From Deltaproteobacteria bacterium (GTDB lineage Bacteria > Desulfobacterota > Desulfobacteria > Desulfobacterales > ETH-SRB1): a stretch of 48,146 bases of DNA. The translations under genes and the position numbers were made by a program. Below the pieces are notes generated by a model. The model searched no databases. It was not told where the DNA came from and saw only the letters and a program-made list of their open reading frames with translations. The stretch lies in the NCBI GenBank assembly GCA_030606805.1, contig JAUWFS010000002.1, positions 1 to 48,146 on the forward strand, read 5' to 3'. Of this stretch, positions 1-9,635 are shown piece by piece; the stretch's first letter is position 1; each line of letters begins with the position of its first letter.

Positions 1-3000
1 ACCAAGCCTAAGGCGTGTATTAATAGTTGTCCAAGGCGCACCTGCATGGTCGAAAATAGACAAATATGGGGCATTGGTTTCAGAGGCTGTCATATAAATG
101 CCGCCGTCTCCTGAAGCTCCGTAATTTACTACTGTGGCTCCTTTCGTCCATACAGGGTTGGAATTTGCAGCATAATTACCCGCCTTATCTCTTGTTACCG
201 TATAGGTTGGAGCCGATGCTATATTGGTTACTTCAAGCCATTCATCGTCGGTACCGTCTTTGATTCTGAGGAAATGACCCACAGAAAAGGTTTCGTTGCC
301 TTCTATTTTAAGGGTTGAATTATCGGCAGTCGTCATGTCGGTTGCTAGGACATCACCGGGTCTCACAAGTATATTGCCACCAACTACACTGATTGTATCT
401 TTTTGGAATACTGCTGTTCTAAAAATACCTCTGCAAGCTATATTGCCCACTTCCAACAAATCCGGTTCAAGAGTAAAACCCGCCCCGGCATAGCCTGAGA
501 CATAGTTAGAACTTCTTATCCTGGCATTTGTTCCATCGATATCAATATAAGTTCCAGTCCCAACCCTGACTTTTGTCGGGACTTCCAGGACTCCGGTTCC
601 TGCATCAAATTTTAACCCATGAGTAGAGCCCCCAACCCTTAAATTACCATCACCATCGACATAAAACCCGGCCTGAGTTCCCGCAAAAGTGATGGCATCT
701 GCGCTTACCCCCAAGGCTATTTTTTCTGTTCCGTCAAGATTACCAATTACGATTTTGGTATCAGCATGATCTATCGCAGCATTACCGCCCCAAAAATCAT
801 ATATACCTGCGTAGAAACTGGCCATTTGGATGACATCAGTTATCACTACAGAAGCATCATAATCATCTGGTATTTCTTCCGCTACATCTTCTGTACTGAC
901 ATTTGTCAACTTAACATAGCAGGTATCTCCAGGATAATATAATGTTCCCATCCCGTTAATAACGAAGTCTTCTCCGCTTGATTCTCCCACGCAATAATAT
1001 GTGGTGTCATCTCTCGAGGCGTATATTATTGTATGTGAATAAAAGAGATATGTCCCCGGTGGTGTGAAGGCTACTTTAACTGCACAGTAATCATATCCGC
1101 CTCCAGGGCCTACCAGAGTGGCTGTTATACCTGTTGACGGCGGAGGGGGGTCATAAGGATTTTGAGGCTTAGAATAATAAGAGCCCGGGATAGGAGTTGC
1201 AAGATCATCAAAAACTCCAGCATAATATGTCTCAAGTAAAAAAGTTGGTCTGCCTTGTTCATCTTCTGCCTTATCCAGAACAATAAACTGTTTAGCCGTC
1301 CAATCAGGCAGAGTATGAGTTACCTCAACAAGATCGTAAACTTCTAATTTTTGGGATGAAGGAAAGCCTGTAAGCTCACATTGAAAATCAGCATACATAG
1401 CCCGATAAAGCTGTCGCCTGCATCGACGGGCTGCTACATCTGTTTGTGTGATATAGTATGCTGTTGATTTTAATTCGATCACACCGCGGTCGTCGATATC
1501 GGGATCATCTTTTTCCGTTACCGGAGTTTTTTTCCATTTTTCACTGGAATCAAGATATTCAATTATAATTTTGTTTGCTCTTTTGCGAGGATGCCAAGTA
1601 AAAGAATCCCTTGCAATATTATCCATTGTAAAAGAATATTGAGAAGTTTTTGTTGTAAGCCCGCCGGAACCATCGGCCATTGTCTTCCAATCCCACACCG
1701 GCTTCAATTTGCCTTGTGATCTGATTACTCGGCCATTGAATGATGACCAGATTAATTTTTTAGCATCGTTAATATTAACTTCTGTATCAAAATTGAAATC
1801 AAAAGTATAACGAGGTGATCTGCCCCAGAAACAAATATCTCTTACACCCATCCAGGTTGATCCACCATGACTGTCCGCTATTTTAATTGAATAATATCTG
1901 TAGGCCGTCCCAGGACTTGCAACAACATAGTCTTTATATGGATCGTCAACATCGTATTGAGTGGCTGTCAATCCAGTTTGGACATCAGCCCATCCTGAGG
2001 CCCCGTCAGCATAAGTAACATGATCTAAATCAGCTGCGGTATTGCTACCTTGGATAACGAAATTTTGAATACCTTTAGTAGTATAAGCCCCATCAGTATG
2101 ACTATTTACAAGTACTATTTTCGTTAAAACAACAGGTACGCCAAGATCAACATTTAATCTTTGTTGCGTTGTCTCTCCATCGTCCGATGACCATTGATTA
2201 TATTTATTCGTACCATCCAGAGGGAGGTTAATATCAAAGGAAAAGAAGGGGGCGCATTTGTAACTCGGATCTCTTGTAGAAGTAGCTTTAACGGTTGTGT
2301 TATTTGGCCCTGGTGGTCTTATCGGCCCGCCATCACCTGTTGTTGGATAAAAATCACATAGAGTTTCGAGGGAAGTAAAAGCATTAATATCAAGCTCTGC
2401 AATCTCATAACCTTCAATTTTACGATAAAAATCCCACATAACAACAGCAGGATTACGGGAAAATACATCTGCCCCCCCGCCAATGGGCTCACATAATGCA
2501 AACTTACCCTCGACCAGAATAGACCCCATTCCTGAGATTTGACTATTCTTTTTTAGTTTAAAGCCGGTGTGGGAAATTCCTCTATGAGCACAAGCATCCA
2601 GAGTAAATAAATCAGCACCATCAACTTGTATTACACTTTGCGAATCTGTTCCAAGGAGAGTATTTTTCCAATGTACACTTCCAGCATAAGCAGCATTATA
2701 CCACTTTACACTCTGGAGAGAATCCCATTCTATATAATTGATTTTCCAGGAAAGGATAGAGTCTATTTCGCCTTGTCCATGACCTATAATAATTTTTAGA
2801 GTTGTTTCGGCAGGATCATTTGATCTTATAATATTACCTGCAAGCTGACATCTACCATAAGCTTTTGCAATTGGGGTTCCTTCGGCAACAGTGTAAACAG
2901 GATTTTCATCTTTGTAGGTTGGGGAATTAGCCATATCTGGCATCATAAGCTCTTCAATAGCAAAGCCAACCAAAGTTCCGGCAATACCGCCAACAACTAT

Positions 3001-3093
3001 AGCGCCAAGGGTTGTGGCCACTATAGCGCCTACGCCGATAAACCCTCCCCAAAGGGCGCCTATTGCTGCAAATGCTGCGACTACTGGTGCCAT
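1..3093 (-). CDS. Large tail-tip / host-specificity protein, lambda J-like (copy 1). The C-terminal part is cut off by the window start.
   Basis: It is absent from the ORF track because it has no stop codon inside the window. The ATG at 3093..3091 directly follows the stop of the upstream ORF. I checked the frame by hand in 1..300 and about 2300..3093 and found no stops, and no competing ORF longer than 65 aa exists in 500..3090. The N-terminus MAPVVAAFAAIGALWGGFIGVGAIV... is a Gly/Ala-rich hydrophobic segment followed by ...AKAYGRCQLAGNIIRS. This parallels MPGIGAALAVGGWAGFF...YGKTRVGGNLIF in the J-like ORF at 41919..45014. It follows the TMP, M-like and L-like genes. Confidence 0.6.
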   Translation of the reverse strand, partial: MAPVVAAFAAIGALWGGFIGVGAIVATTLGAIVVGGIAGTLVGFAIEELMMPDMANSPTYKDENPVYTVAEGTPIAKAYGRCQLAGNIIRSNDPAETTLKIIIGHGQGEIDSILSWKINYIEWDSLQSVKWYNAAYAGSVHWKNTLLGTDSQSVIQVDGADLFTLDACAHRGISHTGFKLKKNSQISGMGSILVEGKFALCEPIGGGADVFSRNPAVVMWDFYRKIEGYEIAELDINAFTSLETLCDFYPTTGDGGPIRPPGPNNTTVKATSTRDPSYKCAPFFSFDINLPLDGTNKYNQWSSDDGETTQQRLNVDLGVPVVLTKIVLVNSHTDGAYTTKGIQNFVIQGSNTAADLDHVTYADGASGWADVQTGLTATQYDVDDPYKDYVVASPGTAYRYYSIKIADSHGGSTWMGVRDICFWGRSPRYTFDFNFDTEVNINDAKKLIWSSFNGRVIRSQGKLKPVWDWKTMADGSGGLTTKTSQYSFTMDNIARDSFTWHPRKRANKIIIEYLDSSEKWKKTPVTEKDDPDIDDRGVIELKSTAYYITQTDVAARRCRRQLYRAMYADFQCELTGFPSSQKLEVYDLVEVTHTLPDWTAKQFIVLDKAEDEQGRPTFLLETYYAGVFDDLATPIPGSYYSKPQNPYDPPPPSTGITATLVGPGGGYDYCAVKVAFTPPGTYLFYSHTIIYASRDDTTYYCVGESSGEDFVINGMGTLYYPGDTCYVKLTNVSTEDVAEEIPDDYDASVVITDVIQMASFYAGIYDFWGGNAAIDHADTKIVIGNLDGTEKIALGVSADAITFAGTQAGFYVDGDGNLRVGGSTHGLKFDAGTGVLEVPTKVRVGTGTYIDIDGTNARIRSSNYVSGYAGAGFTLEPDLLEVGNIACRGIFRTAVFQKDTISVVGGNILVRPGDVLATDMTTADNSTLKIEGNETFSVGHFLRIKDGTDDEWLEVTNIASAPTYTVTRDKAGNYAANSNPVWTKGATVVNYGASGDGGIYMTASETNAPYLSIFDHAGAPWTTINTRLRLG

Positions 3094-3513
3094 TTACTCA
3101 ATTCTCCATTCAAAAACGCTGGCTATTTTTTTTCCGCCAAATGATTTAATGTATTTTTCATTATGACTTTCCGGCACAGTTATCAGCCCCCGTTTGGCGC
3201 CGATTTCCTGAGTCCACTTTTTTGCTTCTTCGATTAATAACCTGGTAATTTTATGACTCTGTGGTGACCACAAATATAATACTACAACAGAATCAGAAAT
3301 AGGCGGAGCTATACTATCGAGCATAACAAGATAACCGCTAACTATATCATCTTCGATTGCCGCCCAGACCCCGATTTTAGGATTTACTATCTGTTCGACC
3401 AGCCATTGTATCCAGGCTGAGCGATCACAGGGGAATTGCCATTCAACATCATCGATAATATTAAAAAGTATTGAAACATCATCAGGTGTTTGTAATTTTT
3501 TGATCATCATCAT
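3094..3513 (-). CDS. Hypothetical protein in the K/I slot of tail-tip module 1, with weak GNAT-acetyltransferase-like features
   Basis: The ORF track gives 3094..3525. I prefer the ATG at 3513, which has a GGAGAGAAG Shine-Dalgarno just upstream and an ATGA overlap with the L-like stop. The segment VVVLYLWSPQSHKITRLLIEEAKKWTQEIGAKRGLITVPESHNEKYIKSFGG has a GNAT-like strand-helix-strand layout, but no clear Q/R-x-x-G-x-G/A loop. Confidence 0.3.
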   Translation of the reverse strand: MMMIKKLQTPDDVSILFNIIDDVEWQFPCDRSAWIQWLVEQIVNPKIGVWAAIEDDIVSGYLVMLDSIAPPISDSVVVLYLWSPQSHKITRLLIEEAKKWTQEIGAKRGLITVPESHNEKYIKSFGGKKIASVFEWRIE

Positions 3514-4382
3514 TCTTCTCTCCATATTCCAATATGTATAAAGCCGCCAAAATTAAGCTTATTATCAGCACTTGGGCCAAAGGCTGAGTTTGACTGACAT
3601 GCATCCCAGGTTTTGTCGCAACCTTTATGCATTATATATGTTGTTGTGTTATCCACTGCCACAGGAAGCGCAAGATCAAAGGTGATAGCATTAGTAGCAG
3701 CAACAAAATCTTTTACTTTCCTCTTATATGTTACACCACTTTTTGTTACTGATATCTTGCCGTAATTCCAGTAATCATCTGCTTGTGTAAGGGCACTATG
3801 TACGAGAGTTGTGGTAGTCCCCGAATCCGCCGTGCCGGACGCTGTGAGGGATGCAAGATTGGCATTACCGTCTTTATTGCATTGTGTTCCGCCAAAAATA
3901 TACCTACATTCTTTCGCGTATATTTCATTCAGAACCTTTTTGTTTAATGGTTTGCCCTCTGTAGCCGTTACAGTCATCCATTGCCGTCCGATTTCTTTTG
4001 GCTGTTCCATTTTGCCATGGAATACCTCAATATATTCCGATGAGGCAGCCGGTGCATGATTATCTGCATCAAGAAAAATCCGCTTAATTGTCAACATCCG
4101 GCCTTCAAAAACATACGAACGGGCATAAGCGGTCATGTCCTTAGCGACATTATCAAATTTGACTGTTATACGTCCAATCTGTCCTTCAAGAGATTGCGAA
4201 GCGCCGCTGAACATAATAGCCTTTGCCGTGTAGGTTGTGGCTCCGCCATGAGGGAATACAATGCTGGTTTTATATGCTGCATAACGAAGGGTTAAGCCAG
4301 TCAAAGCAAGCTCAAAAACAAGGGCAGTTTTTCTCCCCTGGGCATCAAGCTGTGTTGTGACATTTGCATCTAATGCTTTCAT
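3510..4382 (-). CDS. Minor tail protein, lambda L-like / GTA g13-like (DUF2163 + BR0599-type)
   Basis: 290 aa. It has C-terminal Cys clusters (ECRYIFGGTQCNKDG ... KGCDKTWDACQSNSAFG) and ends ...KLNFGGFIHIG, as in the gpL / BR0599 family. Gene order is TMP, then M-like, then L-like. Confidence 0.5.
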   Translation of the reverse strand: MKALDANVTTQLDAQGRKTALVFELALTGLTLRYAAYKTSIVFPHGGATTYTAKAIMFSGASQSLEGQIGRITVKFDNVAKDMTAYARSYVFEGRMLTIKRIFLDADNHAPAASSEYIEVFHGKMEQPKEIGRQWMTVTATEGKPLNKKVLNEIYAKECRYIFGGTQCNKDGNANLASLTASGTADSGTTTTLVHSALTQADDYWNYGKISVTKSGVTYKRKVKDFVAATNAITFDLALPVAVDNTTTYIMHKGCDKTWDACQSNSAFGPSADNKLNFGGFIHIGIWREE

Positions 4383-4738
4383 TAATTATTTTTCTCGAAT
4401 AGGACTGAACATTTCCATTTATTTGATATAATTGACATTTTCAACGATCCTTTAACCCATCGCCCAGTTATATTTGCCCCTGAACCAATGTAAGACGGAA
4501 CAGATTGCCAGCTAAAAGAATGATAATCCCCATATTGATCTTCATAATGTGTAAGAAGTATATCTCTATTCGCATTTATAAGCGCTTTAAATCTTAACTC
4601 ATATTTCTGAACTTTAGTTGTAGAAATATTTTGATAATCTTTTTTCATAGATTCAGATTCAGTAATCACATTATGATATTCCGGCTCTTCTGTTATTACT
4701 TCATTCGGTACAAGGGTAAATGCACTACCTGCAGCCAT
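4382..4738 (-). CDS. Minor tail protein (lambda M-like position)
   Basis: 118 aa. Its start overlaps the TMP1 stop (TAATG). The call rests on position immediately after the tape measure gene and before the L-like gene. Confidence 0.4.
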   Translation of the reverse strand: MAAGSAFTLVPNEVITEEPEYHNVITESESMKKDYQNISTTKVQKYELRFKALINANRDILLTHYEDQYGDYHSFSWQSVPSYIGSGANITGRWVKGSLKMSIISNKWKCSVLFEKNN

Positions 4739-6900
4739 TACATACCTCCTCTGACTATCGATCTTACAGCCCCATCGTTATCATAATTTTCAACTACTGC
4801 CCCCGGTGCTACTTGAGCCGCCACTATACTCGCTATCTGAGCCATAACCTGCCTTTGCGTTTCTAAGTCTTGGAATGTTGGGTTATTCATAATGACATTT
4901 ACAGTTTGTTTTTGGTTGCCGCCTTCCGCTTTCACGCCAAGATCCCCTTTGGATGTTCTCGTCAATGGCATAATTGCTTCCGGCCCGGCTTCGCCCATCA
5001 GTCCAACTCCTCCGGCAAAAGCAAAATGGGTTGGTTTATTTACAATCCCGCCTTGTGCAAAAGGTTGTAATCCAGACTGCGAAAATACATTACCTTGCGC
5101 AGAAAATAAGCTGGTTATACTCTCTAATATTCCACCACCGGTTATGCCAGCAACTAAGGGCTCTATAATAGCCATTTGAATCATCGTTTGTGTAATCATT
5201 TTCATAAAGGATTCGAGTATGCTTTTAAAAGTGACTTCTGCGCCCCAAAGCATATCGTTTAGAGTAGAACTAAAATTGTTTGCCCAACCCATCATAGCAT
5301 TTTTCATATCACTGTATTTATCTTCTTCTAATCCCTTTTTTGTCGCAGCATACCATAATTCTAATCCGATTAAATCATCAGTAAAATTTTTATAATTTTC
5401 ATATCTTTCTTGAAGATCGGCTAAAGCAAAAGCTTTATCTTCCATCCTAATGGCCTTAATTTGTTCTGCTATACTTTTTTCCTGGCTTGTTCTATAAGAC
5501 GCATATTCGGCCAACCTTGCCTCTTCAACCTCATAAGCAGAAAGCCAACTTTCATGTCTTGCTGCTATGAATGGTTCTAATTCAGCCAACCTTTCTCTCT
5601 CTCTCATAATTGCTTTTATATCTGCATTCTCTTCCATTTCTTCAAGGTCTGCATAATATTTTGCATATCTTTTCTTCGTCTCCTCGGTTTGTTTATAAAC
5701 TGATTTTGCTATATCAGACAATGCTCCATAATATTTATCAGGATCTTCAAGAGCAAAATCTAATCTGGTGGTAATTCCTTTTGAAAGTATTTCTTGCATT
5801 TTTTCATATTGACTTAAAAATTTACTCGTTGATCTATCTATTTTATGAAATTCTAACCCTGTGTCCCACAATTCATCTTTAACTTTTTTCAAAACTTGAT
5901 AAAGCTTATCTCCTCGAAAAGTCACTATATGAAAAGAAAGCGCCAAAGACTCAAAGGCGGAAGCTAACGCTGAAACCATATAGGTTAGTGTTTTAATTGC
6001 TTTTGGAAGGTCTTGACCTAATTGAATTATTACTGTGGCTAATTGAGAAGACAATTCCCGCAAAGCTTCTTGTGCTTCCGGCCTTGATATTTCATCTTGA
6101 AATTCTTTCATTGCTTGAGTTGCGGCATCAACAAGCATTACTGTAGCAGGACCGAACGCTTTCCCCATTTTGACTTTAAAATCATCAACATAACGAATAA
6201 AGGAAGTTAGTTTCTTGCCAGCCGTCTCCATCGCACCCTCGTAAGCCCCTTCAATCAGTATTCCTGCTTTAATAACGGCATTAACACGGCCTTGCATAAC
6301 CTGGACTTCACTCATAGCTTTTCTCTTTATTCCGAGCGAGTCCGCTAATGCTCTTATAGAAGCGTCAAAGTTAACATTTAGGCCAATAGTTCTTAATATT
6401 CGAGGCATTCCCGTTTGAAGACCATAAATCATGTGTTCGAATGCAGCAGAAGAATTCATATTCCCGATTACAGCGGCATTTTGGGCAATACGCGCAAGTT
6501 TTTGAGAGCTTGTAAGGTCAATCTGTGCCTGAATCATTCTGGCGAGAGTATTCCGGCTTTCAATCATAGCAATACCGGATTTTTGCAACCCACGAGCGAA
6601 CGATTCCATTTGTGACCCGGAATATCCGGCATTCTTGCCTACCACACGCATAACCACGCCAAGCGTTTCATATCGAGCAGCAAGCAAGGCCGTATCCTTG
6701 ATATACTGTGCCATTTTCAGGAGAGCGTAAGAGGAAGCAAGAGCGACCACAACGGCCTGTAATTTAGAAAAGCCCCTTGTAACACCTTCGGTTGCAGTTT
6801 CAGTTTTTTTGCTATCGTCAGTGAGCTTATTCAGGTCTTTTGAAGCTGTGACAACGCCTTTACTGTCAACTTTTATGAAAAGTGAGGCCAGGTCAGCCAT
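4738..6900 (-). CDS. Tape measure protein, copy 1 (complete, 720 aa)
   Basis: It is a long helical Ala/Gln/Glu/Lys-rich ORF directly downstream of the chaperone pair. The C-terminal motif FAFAGGVGLMGEAGPEAIMPLTR is typical of lambda-H-type TMPs. Residues from about 375 to 720 are paralogous to the ORF at 47058..48146. Confidence 0.85.
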   Translation of the reverse strand: MADLASLFIKVDSKGVVTASKDLNKLTDDSKKTETATEGVTRGFSKLQAVVVALASSYALLKMAQYIKDTALLAARYETLGVVMRVVGKNAGYSGSQMESFARGLQKSGIAMIESRNTLARMIQAQIDLTSSQKLARIAQNAAVIGNMNSSAAFEHMIYGLQTGMPRILRTIGLNVNFDASIRALADSLGIKRKAMSEVQVMQGRVNAVIKAGILIEGAYEGAMETAGKKLTSFIRYVDDFKVKMGKAFGPATVMLVDAATQAMKEFQDEISRPEAQEALRELSSQLATVIIQLGQDLPKAIKTLTYMVSALASAFESLALSFHIVTFRGDKLYQVLKKVKDELWDTGLEFHKIDRSTSKFLSQYEKMQEILSKGITTRLDFALEDPDKYYGALSDIAKSVYKQTEETKKRYAKYYADLEEMEENADIKAIMRERERLAELEPFIAARHESWLSAYEVEEARLAEYASYRTSQEKSIAEQIKAIRMEDKAFALADLQERYENYKNFTDDLIGLELWYAATKKGLEEDKYSDMKNAMMGWANNFSSTLNDMLWGAEVTFKSILESFMKMITQTMIQMAIIEPLVAGITGGGILESITSLFSAQGNVFSQSGLQPFAQGGIVNKPTHFAFAGGVGLMGEAGPEAIMPLTRTSKGDLGVKAEGGNQKQTVNVIMNNPTFQDLETQRQVMAQIASIVAAQVAPGAVVENYDNDGAVRSIVRGGM

Positions 6901-7320
6901 TTATTTTTTCCCTGCTTCAGTTATGAATATTCTATCAATTGCCTTGATTGCCTGTACTTCCCATACTGTCGGATTTGTTTTTGTCAACTGAGACCACGCT
7001 TGGATTTCACTATAATTTAACGGCAGTGGCCCTGCTTCTGAATAACTCCGTCCGCCTGATAATTCACAAAACCAGCCCCATAAATACGTTACGCAATATG
7101 GCAGTTCTATTTCTTCAAGCTGTTTTGGCGGGGCCTTTCCAAGCAACATATTATTTCGTGCTGCATGTTCAAGATGATCCCGACCTGTTGCCCCATCGCC
7201 CTGTTTTTTATTTAAAGCAAATTCATTTTCAGCATAACCAATCAGACCCCAACCCGGAAGGTTAAGCTCATCTTCCTTCCGAACCGGTTCCCCGATTAGC
7301 TCTTGATAAAATTTGCCCGA
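6901..7320 (-). CDS. Tail assembly chaperone extension (lambda T-like), expressed as a G-T fusion by -1 frameshift
   Basis: The ORF-track ORF 6901..7149 has no ATG-independent reason to start there. Its frame stays open upstream to 7320 with no start codon and overlaps the 3' end of the G-like ORF in the -1 frame. It lies immediately upstream of the TMP, which is the canonical arrangement. Confidence 0.6.
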   Translation of the reverse strand, partial: SGKFYQELIGEPVRKEDELNLPGWGLIGYAENEFALNKKQGDGATGRDHLEHAARNNMLLGKAPPKQLEEIELPYCVTYLWGWFCELSGGRSYSEAGPLPLNYSEIQAWSQLTKTNPTVWEVQAIKAIDRIFITEAGKK

Positions 7321-7718
7321 TCACCGATTGCGGTATCAACCTGCTCCTTAATCCATGGAAAGCGCTCGTAAACCATCAGAATATTGTCATAGGAAAATTC
7401 GATTTCTTTGCTGTTTATGATTACTCCACTCCATGACTTCGTACACTTGGCAAGCAATTCCAGTCCGTCAGCTTCAATCTCTTCTGGAGGTGGTGTCATG
7501 TTCTGGACCCGAAATCCACCCTTAATCATTTTTGCCATACGCTTTTTCGACTGTGACCGTGAAATTTTCTGGAACTCATCAGAGTCCTTCCCAAGCACAT
7601 TAATAATGATACCAAGGTCAACCATCGTTCCCGGGTGGTATATCTTGATATCGAACCCCTCATTTGAGCCTTTGACGGTATCAATCGCCGCCAAGTCAAT
7701 TACTTTTGCCTTCGTCAT
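7296..7718 (-). CDS. Tail assembly chaperone (lambda G-like)
   Basis: 140 aa. It lies between the major tail gene and the TMP, and its 3' end carries the slippery site leading into the overlapping -1 frame. Confidence 0.6.
   Translation of the reverse strand: MTKAKVIDLAAIDTVKGSNEGFDIKIYHPGTMVDLGIIINVLGKDSDEFQKISRSQSKKRMAKMIKGGFRVQNMTPPPEEIEADGLELLAKCTKSWSGVIINSKEIEFSYDNILMVYERFPWIKEQVDTAIGDRANFIKS
7308..7314 (-). other. Candidate -1 programmed ribosomal frameshift slippery heptamer A_AAU_UUU
   Basis: The minus strand reads GCA AAU UUU AUC AAG AGC UAA in the G frame. Slipping back one nt on A AAU UUU gives AAA UUU UAU CAA GAG..., which is the open T frame (..ANF/YQELIGEPVRK..). The site lies 4 codons before the G stop. 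Confidence 0.55.
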
Positions 7719-7738
7719 TATTTTCCCTCCTGATTATA

Positions 7739-8983
7739 TTATGAAAGAGTTGAATCTTGCATACTCAGAGACGTAGCCAATGTATTTACTGCATCACCAC
7801 CGGAGTTATTGAATTCCGCTGTGAATGGAAAACTATGCGCGATTCCAATATCTCCATCCTTTGCCGCCCCTGTCAGCTTTGCCACGGGAATGGTAAAGGC
7901 CACAAAATTAGCAGCCGCCGCATCAGAGACCGGAAGAATAACAAAAATTGAAACTTCCGTTCCCGCCCGGTAATAGCCAGCGATTGTATCGTCTTCAAAA
8001 AGAATGGAGATATTACCCTTGATCTCAACTCTTCCGTCGCTGATACCCGGTTTGACATTAGTTCCGATCACCGGTGCCATTGCCTGATTATTACCAATGA
8101 TTTCAAAATCAATTCCGGTGGCAAGGGATTGCTGTACCCCGGAAACCAGAATAACAGCCTTTCCGCTGTGTACCGCTTCCGTGGTTGTAATTGCCATTGG
8201 GTCGGTGAAATAGGGTGAATCACCACTTGCCTTCGCAGTCATCTGAAGACCGAGGATATTAAAATCAACAGTCGGGATGCCAGTTGCCGGGGCCTTGACT
8301 GCCATTGATGTTGGTTTGCAATCCCAAAAAACTTCAGAAAGGTCAACATCAGAATAATTGTGTTCAATGGTGAACCAATCCTCTGTATGTCCGGTTGCAG
8401 GAGTCCAACATTTTTGGCCTTTAACCGTTGTAACAACACTATCGCCCTTGATCTTTGTAGCCGGAGGCGTTCCGTCAATCGCAAGCACAGTCATAACAGT
8501 ATCTGTGAGAGCGGTAATCAAGAAATTATGGGTGTTGTTTGTTACACCAGTTGTAGTCCAGCCGGTCATTTGTATCACATCACCGAGTTTGAACCCATCA
8601 TCTATCCAATCACCACCAACATCGTCACGGGTGAATGTTCCAGCCGCCCCGGAAGTCGCCGCAGCCGCCACACCGGTGTTGGCCGGGTCATTTGAACCCG
8701 CCACAAAGACCTTTCGCAAAATAGCCGCTTCAAAAAGCTCATAAGTTTCAGGTGTCAATTCACCATTGCAAGCACCGTTCCCATCCTGCGGGCCGATATT
8801 GACATCTCCGACCTGTCTGTCTGGGCGGATTTCATCAGAGATATAGGTTTCATTCGTCTGGTCTTGGTTAAACTTTTGGAACCTCAAACGTTGAGCACTT
8901 GCCGCATCCACCGCAGCTATTGTGCCCTTTGCAGACTGAGTGGCGATAACTATCTTCTTATTAATGTGATTAGCTATTGTCAT
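7739..8983 (-). CDS. Putative major tail (tube) protein
   Basis: 414 aa, Thr/Gly/Ala-rich and beta-type in composition. It sits immediately upstream of the chaperone/TMP genes and downstream of the tail terminator-like gene. The call is by position only. Confidence 0.5.
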   Translation of the reverse strand: MTIANHINKKIVIATQSAKGTIAAVDAASAQRLRFQKFNQDQTNETYISDEIRPDRQVGDVNIGPQDGNGACNGELTPETYELFEAAILRKVFVAGSNDPANTGVAAAATSGAAGTFTRDDVGGDWIDDGFKLGDVIQMTGWTTTGVTNNTHNFLITALTDTVMTVLAIDGTPPATKIKGDSVVTTVKGQKCWTPATGHTEDWFTIEHNYSDVDLSEVFWDCKPTSMAVKAPATGIPTVDFNILGLQMTAKASGDSPYFTDPMAITTTEAVHSGKAVILVSGVQQSLATGIDFEIIGNNQAMAPVIGTNVKPGISDGRVEIKGNISILFEDDTIAGYYRAGTEVSIFVILPVSDAAAANFVAFTIPVAKLTGAAKDGDIGIAHSFPFTAEFNNSGGDAVNTLATSLSMQDSTLS

Positions 8984-9635
8984 GACATTTCTCCTTTTTG
9001 TGCTTTAAATTATTATGTCGTTGTTTTGAAGCTATACCTATTTTGATTTTTGCTTCTTTACTATGCTTTCTTCCAATACCCGCAATGCTTAGCTTTTCTC
9101 TCGTTGCTTGAGATACAATGTGTCCTTTTAATTTTTCCGAAGTCCTCCGTCTGGCATCTTCTGTTATTATCCTTCCAATAAGAGCTGCTTGTATTTTAGC
9201 CTTATGCTTATCAGATAGTGAATGCCCCTTTGTACGTGTATTTCCGATCAACGAAGCCGCAATTTTAGCTTTATGAGCAAGAGATAAAGTCCTTCCTTTT
9301 TTTGCTTTCGACATTTTTTTTCGTGTCTCAGCACCCCACTTAATTCCGGCATTTGATCCGGCAGCAGGGGCAAAATTAAAAAGCTTTTTTGGCTGAAAGA
9401 AATCCATCCAGTATTGTTCACGTTTTGTCAGCACACCACAAAAGCATTCCTCAAGTACTTTATATTCAAAAAACTCTTCCCCATGTTTTGCAAATGAATT
9501 CTGAAGGTGCATACATGAATGAATCCCTTTATTTAATTGCCTGCGATGTTCTACTATCCTTCTCTCAATGTCTATAGATTGCCCTATATACCGTTTCCTA
9601 CTGACCGTATTGAGAATCGAATAAATACCCGTCAT
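8970..9635 (-). CDS. GIY-YIG homing endonuclease with NUMOD3 repeats
   Basis: The N-terminal motifs are MTGIYSILN..KRYIGQS..RRIVEH. The C-terminal half has repeated (S/T)xExRxKxSxAxxG units of NUMOD3 type. I start it at the ATG at 9635, which overlaps the stop of the upstream gene as ATGA, rather than at the track start 9680. Confidence 0.85.
   Translation of the reverse strand: MTGIYSILNTVSRKRYIGQSIDIERRIVEHRRQLNKGIHSCMHLQNSFAKHGEEFFEYKVLEECFCGVLTKREQYWMDFFQPKKLFNFAPAAGSNAGIKWGAETRKKMSKAKKGRTLSLAHKAKIAASLIGNTRTKGHSLSDKHKAKIQAALIGRIITEDARRRTSEKLKGHIVSQATREKLSIAGIGRKHSKEAKIKIGIASKQRHNNLKHKKEKCHDNS

Noticed and set aside
8358-8744. 128-aa and 111-aa plus-strand ORFs.
   Set aside because: They are antisense to the major tail gene and have no translation signals.
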